Positions 49,340 through 64,000 of a stretch of DNA of 64,000 nt are shown here, in pieces. This DNA is from Sphagnum compactum (lineage: Eukaryota). The notes beneath the pieces are model-generated. The model saw nothing but the letters and a program-made list of their open reading frames with translations. It was not told the origin of the DNA and did no database searches. Each line of letters begins with the position of its first letter. The first letter of the stretch is position 1. The stretch lies in contig OZ234494.1 of the NCBI GenBank assembly GCA_965153455.1, positions 4,154,001-4,218,000 of the forward strand, read 5' to 3'. The translations under genes and the position numbers were made by a program.

Positions 49340-52300
49340 GTAGATTTCACATTATTATTATTGCCAAATCGTGACCCATGAAGTTTGTGATGTTGAATAG
49401 TAAAAGGTAATGAAAGAATGAATAATTTTTGAATAAATAGGTAGTTTACATACAACACAACATGAGATGTTAACATGTAGTGGGTGAAAGCACACTATGG
49501 TGGCTAAAAAATGTAATTGCAAATATTATTTCTCAAAACAGGGCAACTTTTGACTTCCACCAAGCCAATATTAAAAGAGGTTTTCATAAATTATACTCTA
49601 AATAAGGCAGTTTAATAACCAAATGATGAAATTGTCAAAGGAAAATACTTTTTTTATTAATATTAAATGATTAAAAAGTATATTTGTGAGAATTTATATG
49701 TTGTCACAATATACTGCAAAGTGCAAATGTACTTTTAAAATGATTGAAATAATTGCAAAATTTAATGAAATATTTAATCATGTATTGAATATGAATTGAT
49801 TGTATCATTTCAATTACAATTAAAAATTTTGATTCATGTGATTTCACAAAAAACATCTTGACTAGTTTTTCATTCAAGCGATCATGTTTGTTGAAAAAAA
49901 ACATTTTGTTGAAAAATTACTTTCATTTGAAAGATGAAAAGAATTGTTGGAGGTCTTTGTATTAAAATCTATTATATATGTTTATCAAAATTCTAGATGA
50001 AATCAAAGAAAAACTAACCCCAAAATATACCCCCAAAAAGTACATTTTTTTGGCCTAAAATTGCCCCCCTTTAATGTGTTTTCACCTTAGTGAAAAGGTT
50101 AATGAACTTGATATATCAAAGCATGTGGACACCAATGTAGCTATTAATCAATCATTAATAGTTCACATCTATATAGCTAGGGTGTTGCCAAGAAGGTATA
50201 TGGCCAAGAAAAGTAATTGTCATTTTGAATGGTAACCCTAAAAACATACCCAACTTTTACAATGTAAGTGAATTGTAATAATAATTATCTTGAAGAATAA
50301 TTAACATCCATTATGCATGTCATTTTATTGGTATATTACATATGAAGGCAAAAACATCATGATTGTATAAAGTTTGGTTAATCAAGTACATGAAATTGCA
50401 CAAGAAGTAGTAGAAGAAAGAAACATAATGATAAATGAGAAGGAAAAGGAAGAAGGGGAATGTGTTCCAAAATATTTGTATGTAAAGTCATTGTAGGTAC
50501 ACATTTCTAGGATGTTCACCTCCAACACTAATGAATTATGTTACTTGCCAAAAAAAGAAGAAACAAATTTAGATGATGTGTTTCGAAAGCAACGAAATAG
50601 AATAAACAAAAACAAGTAAGAAACATAAAAAAATATGAAGGAATTGTGCCTAGGAGGAGATTGACGACAACAAGAAATGTTGAATGTTTTTTAAGACTCC
50701 AAAGAATAAAAGCGAGCAACAATCAAAGAACCTAGAATGCACGAGGGTGGATAATCAATGGAAGAAGTGCAGCTTGTAGAACATATTCAAGAACATCAAA
50801 CAAGAGCTACATGAACTTCGCAAAGGGCCAAGACAATGGGTATTCTAAGAAAAACATGCAACCTTTAATGTTGGACCTTCAAAAAAATCAAGTAAAAACA
50901 TGGCAAAGAATGTGTTGCCAAAAGAAAAAAATTCACAATTGGTTTGCATTAGCCCCACAAAAGTATACTATAGGTCTAAGCAAATATAAACATAGATAGA
51001 TTGGAGAAGAAAGAAAGAAACTAGGCAAATTGTGCAAGGTTGATAGGGCTACTTAAGGTTGAACAAAAAAACACATAGACATGAGTTGTTGGTATAGTTG
51101 TTGAATACTTGCAAGGTTAATACAAATGAAATTTTGCATGAATGAACAACAAGGTTGCATGTATCTATAGGGATTTTATTATAGCCAAGTTCAAGGTGGG
51201 TGCAAGATAAGGTGGATCAAATTTATTTATTTAATTAGAATTTAAATAATTACAATTAACTCACAACTCACATTGAAAAGACAAACCACAAATCACTAGA
51301 ATCTTGTTCTACCTTCAAGTTACACTTTCAAAACATACATTTAATTCAAAAACTTCTTTTTGAAAGAATTCACACATTGGAAAATACACACATGTTAATG
51401 TTTACATGTGTCTACATATGGCTACATGTGGTTGCAAGTTAGGGTAGCTCATTTTTGGCGAGTACACCATTCCAATTCCAATTTCCCCATTGATACCATT
51501 TTCTCAATCACACTTCCAAGCTTTTCTACTGCCTATCCTTTTTTTAAGATTGTGTTATTGTTTTCAACCAACAAGGATGGTAATGTCTTTGTCTACCCTC
51601 AAAAACTAAAATTTGAAATGTTAATACTTTCCAGACAATTTTAATCAACAACTCCTCATCTATCCAAATTATGAATTATAAAACATTAGTCTCAATCTTC
51701 AAAGAATGTCTTGAATATGATTCACCAGGTGGTCGCCAAATGTAAAAAGGTGAAAATGCGGTCCCCAAACATTACCATCCTTATGAAGGCAATGTCAAGG
51801 GTATAAAATGCAAGTTACTTCTACTTCCCAAAAAAACTACTATCATTTATTAACTTTACTACAACTACTTGTATAGTAGTTAGGTAGTAGTTCATGTAAA
51901 AGGTAATGAAAATTTTAAAAACTACTTGCCTTCAGTAGATAGTATTACCATTGAAGGTTGTCAATAATACAACTAATGAAACTTGTGGCGGAATAGTTTA
52001 TCACAAGAAGTTAAAACAAGATAAAATGAAGGGAGGACTAAAACATGATTACCTTTTAAACCTTCCAGGGTACCTTCAAGCATCTAATAAATTTAGCCTA
52101 ATGGGGTCTGTAAGCTTCCATAAATGTATGCATTACTTATTCATGAAACAAAATTGGAATCAATTGCATTATTTAATACATTCCTTTTGATTCCTTTAAG
52201 ATGAAAATTATAATTAAAACAAAGACTTAAATTATTTTAAAAGACTCAAAAGGATATCTATATTATAATTAATATGTTCTTGAATTTTTTTATTAGATTA

Positions 52301-52779
52301 ACATGGCATCATTCTAGTTATAGTCATTTACCAATCCACTATAATCATAAAATAATAAATGTAATAAAAATTCAAAATAGTCCTTTATAGTCCTTTTTCA
52401 TTGAACCATCCTTTTGGGTACCCTAATTGTGAATATGCCCACTTACAACCATTGCGTGGAACCCTATGTGAGTATAAGTGGTCAAGTCCATGGCTAAGGG
52501 CAACCTTTTTTGCATTTTGTGAAAATTTTAGGACACCTTAAACTTTGATATTTCAAATTTTTAATTGTTTATAACTTGGAAAATCTTTCGGTTTTTCAGG
52601 CATCCTAGATTTCGACAATGTCATCCAAAGGACAATTTGACAAAAAACCCCCAAACTCTTTATCTCACACACATCTGACAGTTTTCCCTACAAACCTTTG
52701 AACGACCCACCTTCAGCCATGCATAAGCAAGGGGTTGCAAAAATGTCTAGTGGGGAAAACACTTCATTGACATAATCCT

Positions 52780-54030
52780 GAAAGCATCAAAGGCTTAAGG
52801 AAAATGACCCTAAATTAATCAACACATGGCAATTCTAGGAAATTATCATGAGTTTTTTCAAGGAGCACACAATGGCATACCTCGATGGTGCTTTTGTGAG
52901 CAAGAAAATAATTGGCTTGGATAAGTACAAACATGTCATGGAGAATAAGTTCCCTGCAATACAACAAGCTTCAAAAATTTTAAGGGTTTTTTATGTGGTT
53001 TGAATGCAAGATTTCAAATGTAATTACAAATTTATTGCAATGGTGTGAAGTCCTTTATCCATAAAAAGACAGGTCACATTGGACCACAATGGTGGCAAAC
53101 TTGTGTGAAAAATATTCATGGTGGGCCAAATTCTCAAAGATGTTTTTTGAAGAAGGTGAGGCTACCACCATGGATGGGAGAAGGCACTCGAAACCTTCTT
53201 GCCCAAATTGGAAGTTATGTTGTCTTGTGGATTTCAAGCATATCAAATGTGTTCCCATTGTTAAGTGGAGACAATCAAGGTGGTTATGGTGTGGTGCGTG
53301 AAGCGTGAATCAAAAAGTTTGATCACTTCCCAATCACCATTGAGTTGGTGGGGAAGACACCTAAGATAGATGATAAGCGAGAAGCGCATAAGCAACGTTT
53401 GGTGGAAGCTTTGGCCCACCTATGTGAACATTTAGGTGTCATTAAACTTTTCACCATCCATGCAAAAATCATGGAAGCTTACACACTATGGTCCAAAACG
53501 AGGGAACTCTTCGAGAAATGTTGGATTACAACACAAATTACTCCCCCATTATGGATAATTGAACCTTATTGTAGCAAGGGGGCCAAATATGGAAGGGTGA
53601 ACACGACTTGTTGCCTTTAAGAAAAATTTTATGAAGTTGGCATGGGCATTCATAAACATTATGAATGCAACACATCATTTGGAATTTTGCACGACTCGTT
53701 CAAGGATAACATTATGTTGCATTTTCTATCAAACAAACTAAATGTTGTGTACATAAGCATTTGCAATTGGGGTGAAGTCGGTTGCTTGCAAAATGTGACA
53801 CCATCATTGTATGGGTTTACCAAGGAGTAAGATGCCACCAACACAAGGAAAGTGTGTTGGTGGGTGGCCCTACAAAAAAATTGTTTACAAAAAATCGGAA
53901 CTACAAATTCCTTTCAACAAATGGCCAAACAACACCAAACAACTTTGAAGTCTGAAGCGTATTCAATGGGCAAGTGCAAATGTCATATGAGGTGAAGAAT
54001 GGGGGTGAAGATTGGGATGTAGAATATTTT
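52780..54030 (+). pseudogene. Protein kinase-like pseudogene (right-arm copy)
   Basis: Stitched across stops and frameshifts: QGGYGVVRE (Gly loop), LVGKTPK (VAIK-like), VEALA, EHLGVIKL, TLREML, LAWAFINIMN, GILHDSFKDNIML (catalytic loop), ICNWG (DFG position), WWVAL (APE position), SEAYSMG (subdomain IX). Confidence 0.72.
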
Positions 54031-54652
54031 GTGGCCAATTCAACCAACATGTAATTTAAGAAGGTGATCCATGACATGTATAAGCCAAATCTAGAAGCAT
54101 GAAAAATTGTTCAACACATTGTGCGCACATTGATTGGGCCTCCATATAATTGGATTACACCTTATGAATGTTCTCAAAAGCAGCCATAGATAGTTTGTAA
54201 TTGTTGCATATGAAATTTGATGTAATTTGCATGATCTTTCAAATTTGACATGTTTTGGACTTGCGGCTTTTATGAAACCCAATTTTGCTAAGGATTCACA
54301 TTGTCATGTGTAATCATATTTGAAATCTGTGAATATTTTTTTGACAGATTTGAAATTTGTGGATCTATGTTTTAGATTGATGATATCTTTTTTGTAAATA
54401 TAAGATACAATGATCATTTACACAAATTTTGCCCATCCATCACCTAAGTTTTTCAATTATGGTTAATTGGATTTTCCATTGATAATATGTTTCAATAACC
54501 AGTCTCATAATAATTGATAGACATTAAGCAATGAAAAAGAATCAATATAAATTCATTTGAAATAAAATTTTTAATGCAAATACAAACCATTCATTCTTTA
54601 GACTTTGTTTTTGGTTTTCATTCTTTTTCAATTGTGGGGATTTATAGTATAT

Positions 54653-54707
<55 letters not shown>

Positions 54708-57700
54708 AAATTATTTTGGATGTAAAAAAATCTTTTGATTCTTTAATCATTTTGGACCAAAACAAATTTGAAATAGCCATAAAACATTGGACAAAAACAC
54801 TCGAACAACCTTTGTTGCCCATCACCAAAAGAGTTGTTGTTTGACATTTGATAATGTTGGTAGCCAAAGAGAATGGCAACCCAAATTGGAAGTTGGTGAT
54901 GGAAAAGCTAGCGATCCAAAATTTGGCAACATAAAATGTGACAACTGAAAAATTAGCAACCAAAAAGTGAGCGACCAAAAATGTGTAGTGACCAAAAATG
55001 TGGCAACCAAAAATGTTGGCAATAGAATCTTGTGGCAATGGAAACTTATCGCAATCAAAAACATGGCAATTAAAACATGTGGTGACAAAAGCCTAGTGAC
55101 GAAAACTTGTGGTGATTGAAAACTTAGTGACAAAAACATGTGGTGATTGAAATTTTGGCAACCAAACTCCTATGGCGATCAAAAGACATTTTAATCACCA
55201 TAGGGTGTATGATGACCAAAAAAAGGCTCTAGCTTTACTCACCCATAAAACAGCCCTGAATAGCCCAAGATGGCCTTTGACCTTTGATCTAGGTTGACTT
55301 AGGCTAACCTTACATTAACATGACGCAAAACTTTGCTTGAATTAAAATTTGGATCACAAAATGGAAACCACTCGTACAATACCATACCACTAAACCACTA
55401 GACAAATCACACTACTAAACACAATGGATTGACCACCAAAACATAGTGGATTAAACCATTAAACTAAAATGCTCGTGGAGAAAACCATTGCATTCATGGT
55501 TCAAACCACTAAACCAAGTGGGTGTATAATTTTTTTTAAAAACTCAATGAGTAGCCACCAATAAGGTGTTAGATGGTTTTTGGGTGATCAAGTTGCCACA
55601 TGATTTGAACCACACCTTAGTCCATTGTACTTATGATCTAATCGACTATTGTGGTTTTCTAGCAATACAATGAAAATTTATGGAATGTATAGTGACCTTG
55701 GATGTAGTTTCTAATATTGTAATATTTAAATTATAATCTACTATGATATCATTAGTTAATGAACTAAAAAATCAATGTGAATAAATTTTTTAAAATATAA
55801 ATTTTTAATATACATGTTAAGATATTATAAATTGAAATCCACCCAAAAATGATTATGATATCAACATTTGAAAATAAGGCCCATTTTAGATCAATTAAAT
55901 ATCCATAAATTTTTATTTGGTATATATATGTTTTTTAGTCACATATATAATGACTAAATATATTGTTTGAAATCTAAATATAGTCACAAATTTGGTATAT
56001 TATTTGTTCTATGGCATGTTAACAACATGTCAATGCATGATACTCTACAAAAAATTACAATGTGATACAAAAATTGAGTCACCCTATCTTGCAACCACCC
56101 CAACATATGCACACACTTCAAATGTCATAAATGTCAAAAGGAAAGGCATGCAACAAACGTTTAAATTGCTTTAAATGTTAAGGGGCCCAAACTATAAATG
56201 TTTTAACAAGTTGTACTTTGCACTTCTTTTGACAAAGAAAACATCACAAATATTTGCAAATTCCTCAAGTTCAATTTCATTTTCAAATTCAACAACAAAT
56301 TCTTCTATTAACTTTGAAACTACCTTGCATGCAGCTGTAAGGTGAAAAGGTTTAGAACATCCAATCATTAAATCATATGGCCAATCAACAAGTAATCTTG
56401 TCTTTTTGCACCTTTGACCTGTGCAATTAATGTCTAACTTTACCTAATTTGACCAATTTTGGATGTCCTTCGATAAATAGTTAAACTTTGCATTAGTTGT
56501 TAGGTACAAGTGAATAATATCGGGATAATGTCGCAATGTTCACTATGTTGTTCACTATTCCAAATATTATAATCCAAATTCTTTATTTGATAATTCAAAA
56601 GGTTGAAGAAAGGCCTCATTCCCAACTCACAAAAATGTTATAATAGCTTTCTCCAAATATTTTTACTAACAAAAATCGATTCATCAAGGTGGTCAATTTG
56701 TAACCAACATCTACAAAATGCAATGAAAACTCTAGTACTTGATAAAAAACAATTCCATAATTGTGGCTTTTACTCTACACCTTGGACATTCACAATGATA
56801 TTATTGTTACCATATCCTCCAAGGTCAAAGAGACACCAATATAAACCATTAACACTCGGTTCATGCTACACACCAACATAATTAACCTCTAGAGTGAAAT
56901 TTCCATGAAAATAACTATAATAAATAATTGTGAAAAATATAATAATTGTGAGAGCAACAAGAAGGGATGTCTGAAGAGAAGAAAGCATGCAGTGTTAGAA
57001 AACAAGAATATGAAATAAAAATTATGTGAAAGGAAGTTAGCCCAATTTGAAAGCAACAACTTAAAAAGTTGGTTCGCTTGCAATTGATCAAATTGGAGAC
57101 TAACAAGATTAGAAGCCAAATGCCAAGAACAAGTAAACACAAATAATACCTATGACAATTGCATATATTTATATATAACACTTTGAAATCAATGACAAGA
57201 ACAAAAAAAAACATAGCAGACCATCCAAAACTTGTACATAAAGTTTCATGAAAGGGATAAACAAAGAAATTTGTAGTTTGGAAAACTTATCTAGATGACA
57301 CTTTCATCTAGGTTGAACTCATTTACAAATGCCATACTTGAGTAAAGAGTTTCCATTGACATAAGTCATCATCCTTTGGCGCATGCCATTTCAAGGTAGC
57401 ATTCAAGAAAAGATCCAAAGGGAGAAAAAATGTGCAACAATGTGGGTTGTTGATCAAGTCAATTCATGCCTCCTCGATAATGCTCAAAAAACCTTAGATA
57501 CCAGAAAGAAAATCATCAATTTTCATAAATGTAACAAGTTGGGATTTTGAAAAATAACCTTGGTCACTTTTTTGTGCCTTGGTGGAGGTAGACCCAAGTA
57601 CCATATTTTTTTATTGGGTCAAAATATTAGGTGAGTACCATAAATCTTGGATTTGCCAGGTTGGAGCAAGGGGTAGGACTTTCACAAGTTCACCTTTAGA

Positions 57701-60700
57701 TATTATATTCTTGTATAATTAGTCAAGGAATTAACAATGTTTTGGACAACAATCAAAAGACCAACCAACACCATTTGAAATTGGAACCCTCCCAAACCAT
57801 GGGGCTTTCTATGTTGCTTTTTGTATTATCAAAAAGCTTTCAACAAAACAATGTGCATGAATTTTTTGACTAACAAAACATTTTGGCTCCAAAAATTGAT
57901 TTTTAAAAATTGAACATTTTTTTCATGGTTGGGTTTTTATTAAGTTGTATCTATGGGACAATTGGAAAGGTTCGTTTTATAATCTCTTTTTATATTCTAT
58001 ATCTTAATAGGCTGCGACAACTTTTATGGGTTTCTAGAAAGTTGTATGTCTCAAAGCCTTTAAGAGTTTTGTGTTAAAAAAAAACATTTTTTCATAGGTT
58101 ATGGCATCTTTTATAGTATGATAAAAAGACATAGGGACATCATAACTTTTTCTTCTTCTTTTCCTGATCTAGCTATAGTTTTTTCATAAGAATTTTGAAG
58201 TTAAGACCATTTCAACCAAAATAATATTGGGTTTAATATACTTACGTGAATGGCACAAGGACCTGCTAATGTCCATGGATAATAAGATATTGATAATTAA
58301 TAATCATGGTCAAAGAATTAAGCATTGAAGAAAGTGGAATGCAAAGGGCACTTGTTTACTAAAGTAATATCCCATTGTTAACCATGGGATTTGTAGGTTT
58401 CAATCACTTGTGTGCAATTGTATAACCCAAATTTGCATATAACCACATTCAAATTTTTAAATGTCAAATTTCACACACATGCAAAAAATAAAAGTGAAAA
58501 AAGGATTATTGTGTTGCATATTTCCTTTATTTGGGGGGGGGGGGGAGATCACCAATTTAAAACATTGATATTTTTTTGTCACATTTCCACTTGGATTTTA
58601 AAGGGGCAGGGGGGAGAAGGGGCTTGAGGTGGGCATTTTTCTTAATATTTTTTCACACTTTGAATAGGTTCTACAAACATATTTCCATTTAATGTTAAAT
58701 CCCACTTATAATGCAATGAAAATTTGAAAGGGAAAAAAAACCACCTTGATAAATTTTACCATTATTTAACCAAATATTTATTTTCAAGATTATACAAGAA
58801 CTAGATAAATAGTTGATTAAGGATTGCTTACATTATTCCTAAAATTATTTTCCAAACTATGTGAAATGTAATTTTCTTTTGCTTTAAAGCATTAAACTAT
58901 AAAATCATTAAGGTATAATGTTTGTTGAAGGCCTACATGCCTACCCCTCTACCAACCTCCCTTTGAACCTCCATAAATCTTTACAACTAATGAGTCTTCA
59001 ATTTCCATGCATCTTTTAGATTTTAGGTGATTAAGAAACACAACTCTTCAATTCATATATCTAACATAAATTGCTTAAAAAAAATGAAAGAAAATTGTAT
59101 CAACTTCCCTTATAACCTCTGTGAATCTTTACAATTATTGATTCCTTACTTGCCATGCCTATTTTTAGAACTCAACCTATGTTTAAAGGATTGTACAACC
59201 CTTCAATTCTCACATCCAAAACAAATAGCTTGAATACAATTCAAAAAAAGAAGTACTAACCTTGATGGAAGGTCTATAAATCCTTGCAATTATTGACTAT
59301 TCAATTGCCATGTGTCTTTCTAGATGTTTAAAGAGACACAACTCTTCAACTCTCAAATCTAAAATAAATAATTCTAAGAGAAACAAAAGAAATCGAAATA
59401 TCAATTTTCTTGGAACCTTTATAAATTGACTCTTCAATTGACTATGTCTTTTTAAATCTCTAGATGGTAAAATAAACACAACTCTTCCATTTTCAAATGT
59501 AAGATAAATAGTTGAACAAAGATAAAGAAAACTAAGAAGAAAAGGGGGGCTATAGTTCAAATGAGGAAAGGGGATAGAAGGAAGAAGGGGGAAAAGTGAG
59601 GAAGACAAAAGGTGGGAAAGAAAAAAAGGAACTTGAAAAAGGGAGAGTGGGAAGTAAGACATTACATTAACATTGAAGGGTGTAACATTGCAAATTACAA
59701 ATCAAAGTTTGTCCACTATAAGTTGAACAAGATTAGTCTTGGCTCCTCCCATGAATCCCTAGACAATTATTTACATTGTAATGTCCCATTGTCACTTTTG
59801 TTTGCTCAGTATCATGTCTCAATCTCAATAACATAAATGCATTCAAGAAATCTCTAAATTGGTTGATTCATGCATGAATTCCACAAATAAATGATGATAA
59901 AATCCAATTATTGTTGTTTCAACAATGGGTAGATTGCCAATCTATCACGTCAATTTGAAGCTTTGAAATGGTTCAAAATCTTGGTCCGATGCTTTTCAAT
60001 AAAGTCACAATTCATAGTTTCTTACAAACTTTAAGTCTAGGAATAACCATCTTTTGAAGGTTTTCAATATTGTGAAATATTTTCCTATTATTTTCCCCAT
60101 AGAAGTTTGTAAGACCTTATTGCATCACAAACACACAAAATATGAAAATCTTTTTCACAAACCACTAACTTGTTATAATAACTAACCAATATGGGTGGTT
60201 ATGTATCCATGTTGTTTACAATTTAACCTTGCTTGATGCTTGTGGAATTGATGCAAAATAAAGAGAAGCAATGCATCCCACAACAAAATTCTCCAAATGG
60301 AACCTTGAAATGTGATGCAACGATATATTGTTATCATAATATTTTTTTGTTGTTGCTCATGAGTCATAACAACCTGTAATGAGGTTCCAATTTCCACAAG
60401 TGGGTACTAATTCCCTTTGTTCCACGCTAACCAAATTATTTCACATTCCGTCAACATTGTAGTAGTTTGGTTGACTACATTGTTAACAAAATGTGAAAGC
60501 GTTTGGTATGTGTTGTGTGTCCACTTTTATTTGTTACTAAGACCTAGCCATAAAACATAAAATCTTTCATGACCCCATATAGCAAATTTTAGTTGATTTA
60601 ATCCCATATTCAATTCCAAATTGGAAAAACCAAGTTGTATTAGTGTTCTTTTTTTTCAATTTTGTGATATTGCTCAAGTGACAAGCATCTATAAGTATGC

Positions 60701-63289
60701 TTAACCAAATTTGGCAATATTTAAATTATGAAAATAGAAATTTTGGCAATTTTTGGCAATTGTTTTTTTTAAAAATCATTTTTGGAGATTTTTCTTCAAA
60801 AACATGGAGTCTAAAACATAATATTTCTTTTTCAAAATATATTTCACAAAATGGTGAAAATTCACTATTAAAAAAATCAAACAATTGCACCATTGGATTA
60901 AAAATTGTCACAAGTCAAATAAAAAATTAATGTTTAATTTGGATTTTAAATGGTTTATGTGTAATATTTTCATAACCCCTTCACCATTCTATATAAAAAT
61001 CAAACTGTTATTATTGTGGAATAATGTCTTCATTTGTAGTTTAAAATAGCAACTAAATTCGCTTTATTATAATTTCAATTTTCTTTAGCTAGTTATCTTT
61101 TGTGTCTTTTCAAATTATAACACCTAGAAATTGGTCAAATATATTGTTTTGTCATAATGTAAATGTTTGGTATATATTTGAGGTTCACCTCTATTCAACG
61201 GTAGGTAATTTCTTTGACGTAGGTTTAAAAAGGTATTTGCAAAACCCACTAAGTAATTTGTTTCATTTTGCGTTGCATTTGGTTATGATGGATTTGTTTC
61301 ACCTATCATTGTGTTTAACTGATAATTTATATTCATCCTTGTAATTGCCTTTCCATTTATTTCACTAGTTATGTTCAACAAGACATTTATTCCCTTGAAG
61401 CCTCTATGGATTATGCCACTATTTGCTAGTATAGGAATGTCTTAACCATTACTAAAGGTGTAGCAAGGTTTTTTTTCTATTTTTGTTTATTTTTCCTTTA
61501 AGATGTTTTTGACCTAATGTACTCATCTAAGTTATACTAGTCCTCAATTGCCAAAGTGCCACATTTTACAAAAAAAACACCCATGTTCCAAATTACCTTA
61601 TCATTTTCACTATGTCTCTCACATCTCCAGCCATGGGATTATTGTAGCATAAATGTGACCAAGGTTGCCCTCAATTTATGTTGCAATAAATCCCAAAGGT
61701 TTTTGGGATAATTTTCCCTCAAACCAAAATGAAATGACATGTTAACTTGGCATTAATCCTAAATTTAATGTTTCTTGATGATATTGAATAATGTTTAATT
61801 CATTGAAAAATCAATTCATATTCAACCCATCAACTCTTTTTTCCCACCATTCCAAGTTAATGAATGAAAACCAACTACTTACACACCTTTTCATAAGTTG
61901 ATTAAATTAATGAATTCTACAATCTTTTGAAGTTGTTGGAGCTTGCTGATTAATCATCAAAATGAATAGGCTACAAATAAGTAGATTATTATATATGCGG
62001 CCTCAACCTAAACCATTGCTAAACATTTTCCCACATATGAATATAATTGCCCTTTGCTTTGTTGTTAAATTGATTTTAATAGGCCAAAATAAACACTTGC
62101 ATCACATTATTGTATTGTGTGAAAATTATTCCAAATCTCCAAACATGTTTTGGTCAATATGAAAATAAAATAATTTCCCTTGTAAGTTGTCTTAAAATAG
62201 GTGCAAACTTGAAATTTACTTTCAATTCATAAATTATTTGTCCCCATTCATCCCTCTAAGTGAATTCTTAAATTCAATCAAAAGATTCACACTATGATTA
62301 AATAACTTGAAAATGTGAGTAATGGTTGATCACTCCCAAAATCACTTCATTTAACCAAAAATTTGTTGGCCCTCGACTTAGGCAACAACATCCACCTTGA
62401 CCTTCAAGGCCATAATGTCTAGTGTAAGTCAAATATTGTGCAATTGAATATGAAAGCATCAACATTTTCCTAAACTCAACTTCTCTTATGAACACCCACA
62501 TTCACATCCAAAGTGCACCCATCTATACTTAGATGTTTTTCTTGAAGGTTTGCATTTATGAATCACAAGTATGATGTAGTGGATGATATCCACATTTATA
62601 AACCTTCAAAGAAATGTAATCATCCAAATGGATGAAACTAATATATCATCAACAATCATCCACTTTTGTCCACTTCTTATATTTTGCAAGAAGTCCTTAT
62701 GGACATTCATTTGACATTTTCCAATGTGGAAGCCATAACACAACTTCCATAAATCTTCCTTCTTTATCTATGAATGTGAAAAATACACCCCAATTTAGAT
62801 GTGACTTGACCCACATTAATTTGGAGTACAATTTTATAACTTAGCCTTATTCACCTCCATGTCCATTTTTTGTATTTTCACATTGTGAAAAAAAATTGGA
62901 TACACAAATTCATATTTTACATATTTTTAAGTTCTCCACAAAACAATATAACTCAAGAGCAAAACCTTGGGTTTCCCTAAAACTAAAGACACCAATCAAA
63001 ATGCAAGATGAGACTATGCCAAAGAAAAAAGACCACAAAAAAAACTCAAATTTCCTTCTCAACTCAATGGGTTTTACACAACACCCAACATGTGGTGTGC
63101 ATGACACACAAAAACCTAAAGTACTGAATACCAAATGAAAACAGAAGAACTTCTTGTTGCACCTCTCTTGGAAGAGAGACCAACTCACCCTGGTAGGGTT
63201 GCATGATGCCCTGTAAAACTTCCAACATTTCCACAGTGCACTATCTCTCTCTCCTAATCTGCATACAGATAAGACATGGTCTCAAACTT

Positions 63290-64000
63290 TAAAAGATCGG
63301 GCACAAGTCACAACAGTGGAAGCTGCTTTTGTCTGTGATTTCCTTACCCTCAAGATCTGGCACTCTCAAATTTGTAGCCCCATTTGCAAAAGTTTCTGCA
63401 ATGACTATCATGCCATCATCTTCCAACCCTAAGTCACTCAGATAGACCTCACCAAGTTGTGTATACATCCTCTGTCTTTGCCAATTCAAAGCCTCCAGTG
63501 GGTCCAGACATGGTATCACTGATATCAATTCTCCTCAGTGCTTTGTAGAGATTCCAGAAGAGATTTACTTCCTCCTGTTCCAACCCAGGTGACAAGAACT
63601 GAAAACCTTCAAGATTTGGCCAACCCTGCTACTGCCTGTGTCCCGCCATCTTTAGTCACATTGTAGTGGATACAATGAATCCAGATCTATCACTGTGTCC
63701 TCTGATATTCCATTGTTCAAGAAGTGCAGAGCCTATAGTGAGGTCCAAGATTCCAGGAAGGTTCGGATTCCATTCTCTACAAACACATTGTCTGAGAGGT
63801 TCAGGGATGTGAGATGACTTCCCTCCAGTGCTGAAGAGACAGTGGCCACAACTGTCAGAGCTTCTCCTTCAGGGCATCCCATTACAATGTCTGATAGGTC
63901 AACTTCCCACAAGGTTGCTTTCACTGTTATCAGCACATGAGCAGCCATTTGAGCAACATCAATCCTGAAGCTCCAGTTGCTGAAACATACTTTACTTCAG
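63290..64000 (-). pseudogene. RanGAP: RAN GTPase-activating protein (RanGAP) LRR-domain pseudogene, runs off window end
   Basis: KVCFSNWSF, LWEVDLSDIVMGCPEGEAL, SSALEGSHLTSLNLSDN, FLNNGISED, LRRIDISDTMSG, EVYLSDLGLEDDG and DLEGKEIT are colinear with plant RanGAP (KICFSNRSF, LKEVDLSDFVAGRPE.EAL, LNLSDNALGEKG, LMNDGIS, LDLRDNMFG, YL.LEDEG, LAGNDIT). TAG at 63733 and several frameshifts. Confidence 0.88.

Larger units (their letters stand above)
44079..63068 (-). repeat. Right arm of large inverted duplication
   Basis: Reverse complement of 12509-29400. Starts TCTTTTCCTTGACATT (44079) and ends CCTTCTCAACTCAAT (63068). Arm-specific blocks at 47342-49303 and 50269-52118. Confidence 0.97.

Noticed and set aside
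12509-63068. Single giant transposon with 17-19 kb TIRs mobilised by the central hAT transposase
   Set aside because: No TSD or hAT-type terminal motif at the outer ends. The hAT gene is far more decayed than the arms, and the inner junction cuts an unrelated RT.

Overview
AT-rich, CpG-depleted eukaryotic nuclear DNA from a land plant, most likely a bryophyte. It looks Sphagnum-like to me from repeat families and homopolymeric amino-acid runs, but that is inference and not verified. One intact gene is clear: an F-box/kelch protein of the UFO/FIMBRIATA/APO1 clade (minus strand, 5647-7197, probably with spliced upstream exons). The dominant structure is a very large inverted duplication: left arm about 12509-29400 (16.9 kb) and right arm about 44079-63068 (19.0 kb), around a 14.7 kb spacer. 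The arms hold only decayed sequence: LRR, hAT, protein-kinase, piggyBac-like and PIF/Harbinger relics, plus minisatellites. They differ by patchy substitutions, microhomology or templated-filler deletions and one non-homologous block. The spacer holds a hAT transposase pseudogene and a non-chromovirus Ty3/gypsy gag-pol whose RT is cut exactly at the start of the right arm, with two antisense ORFs upstream of gag. A frameshifted RanGAP pseudogene runs off the right edge. No rRNA, intact tRNA or CRISPR array was seen. All alignments and identity estimates were made by eye.
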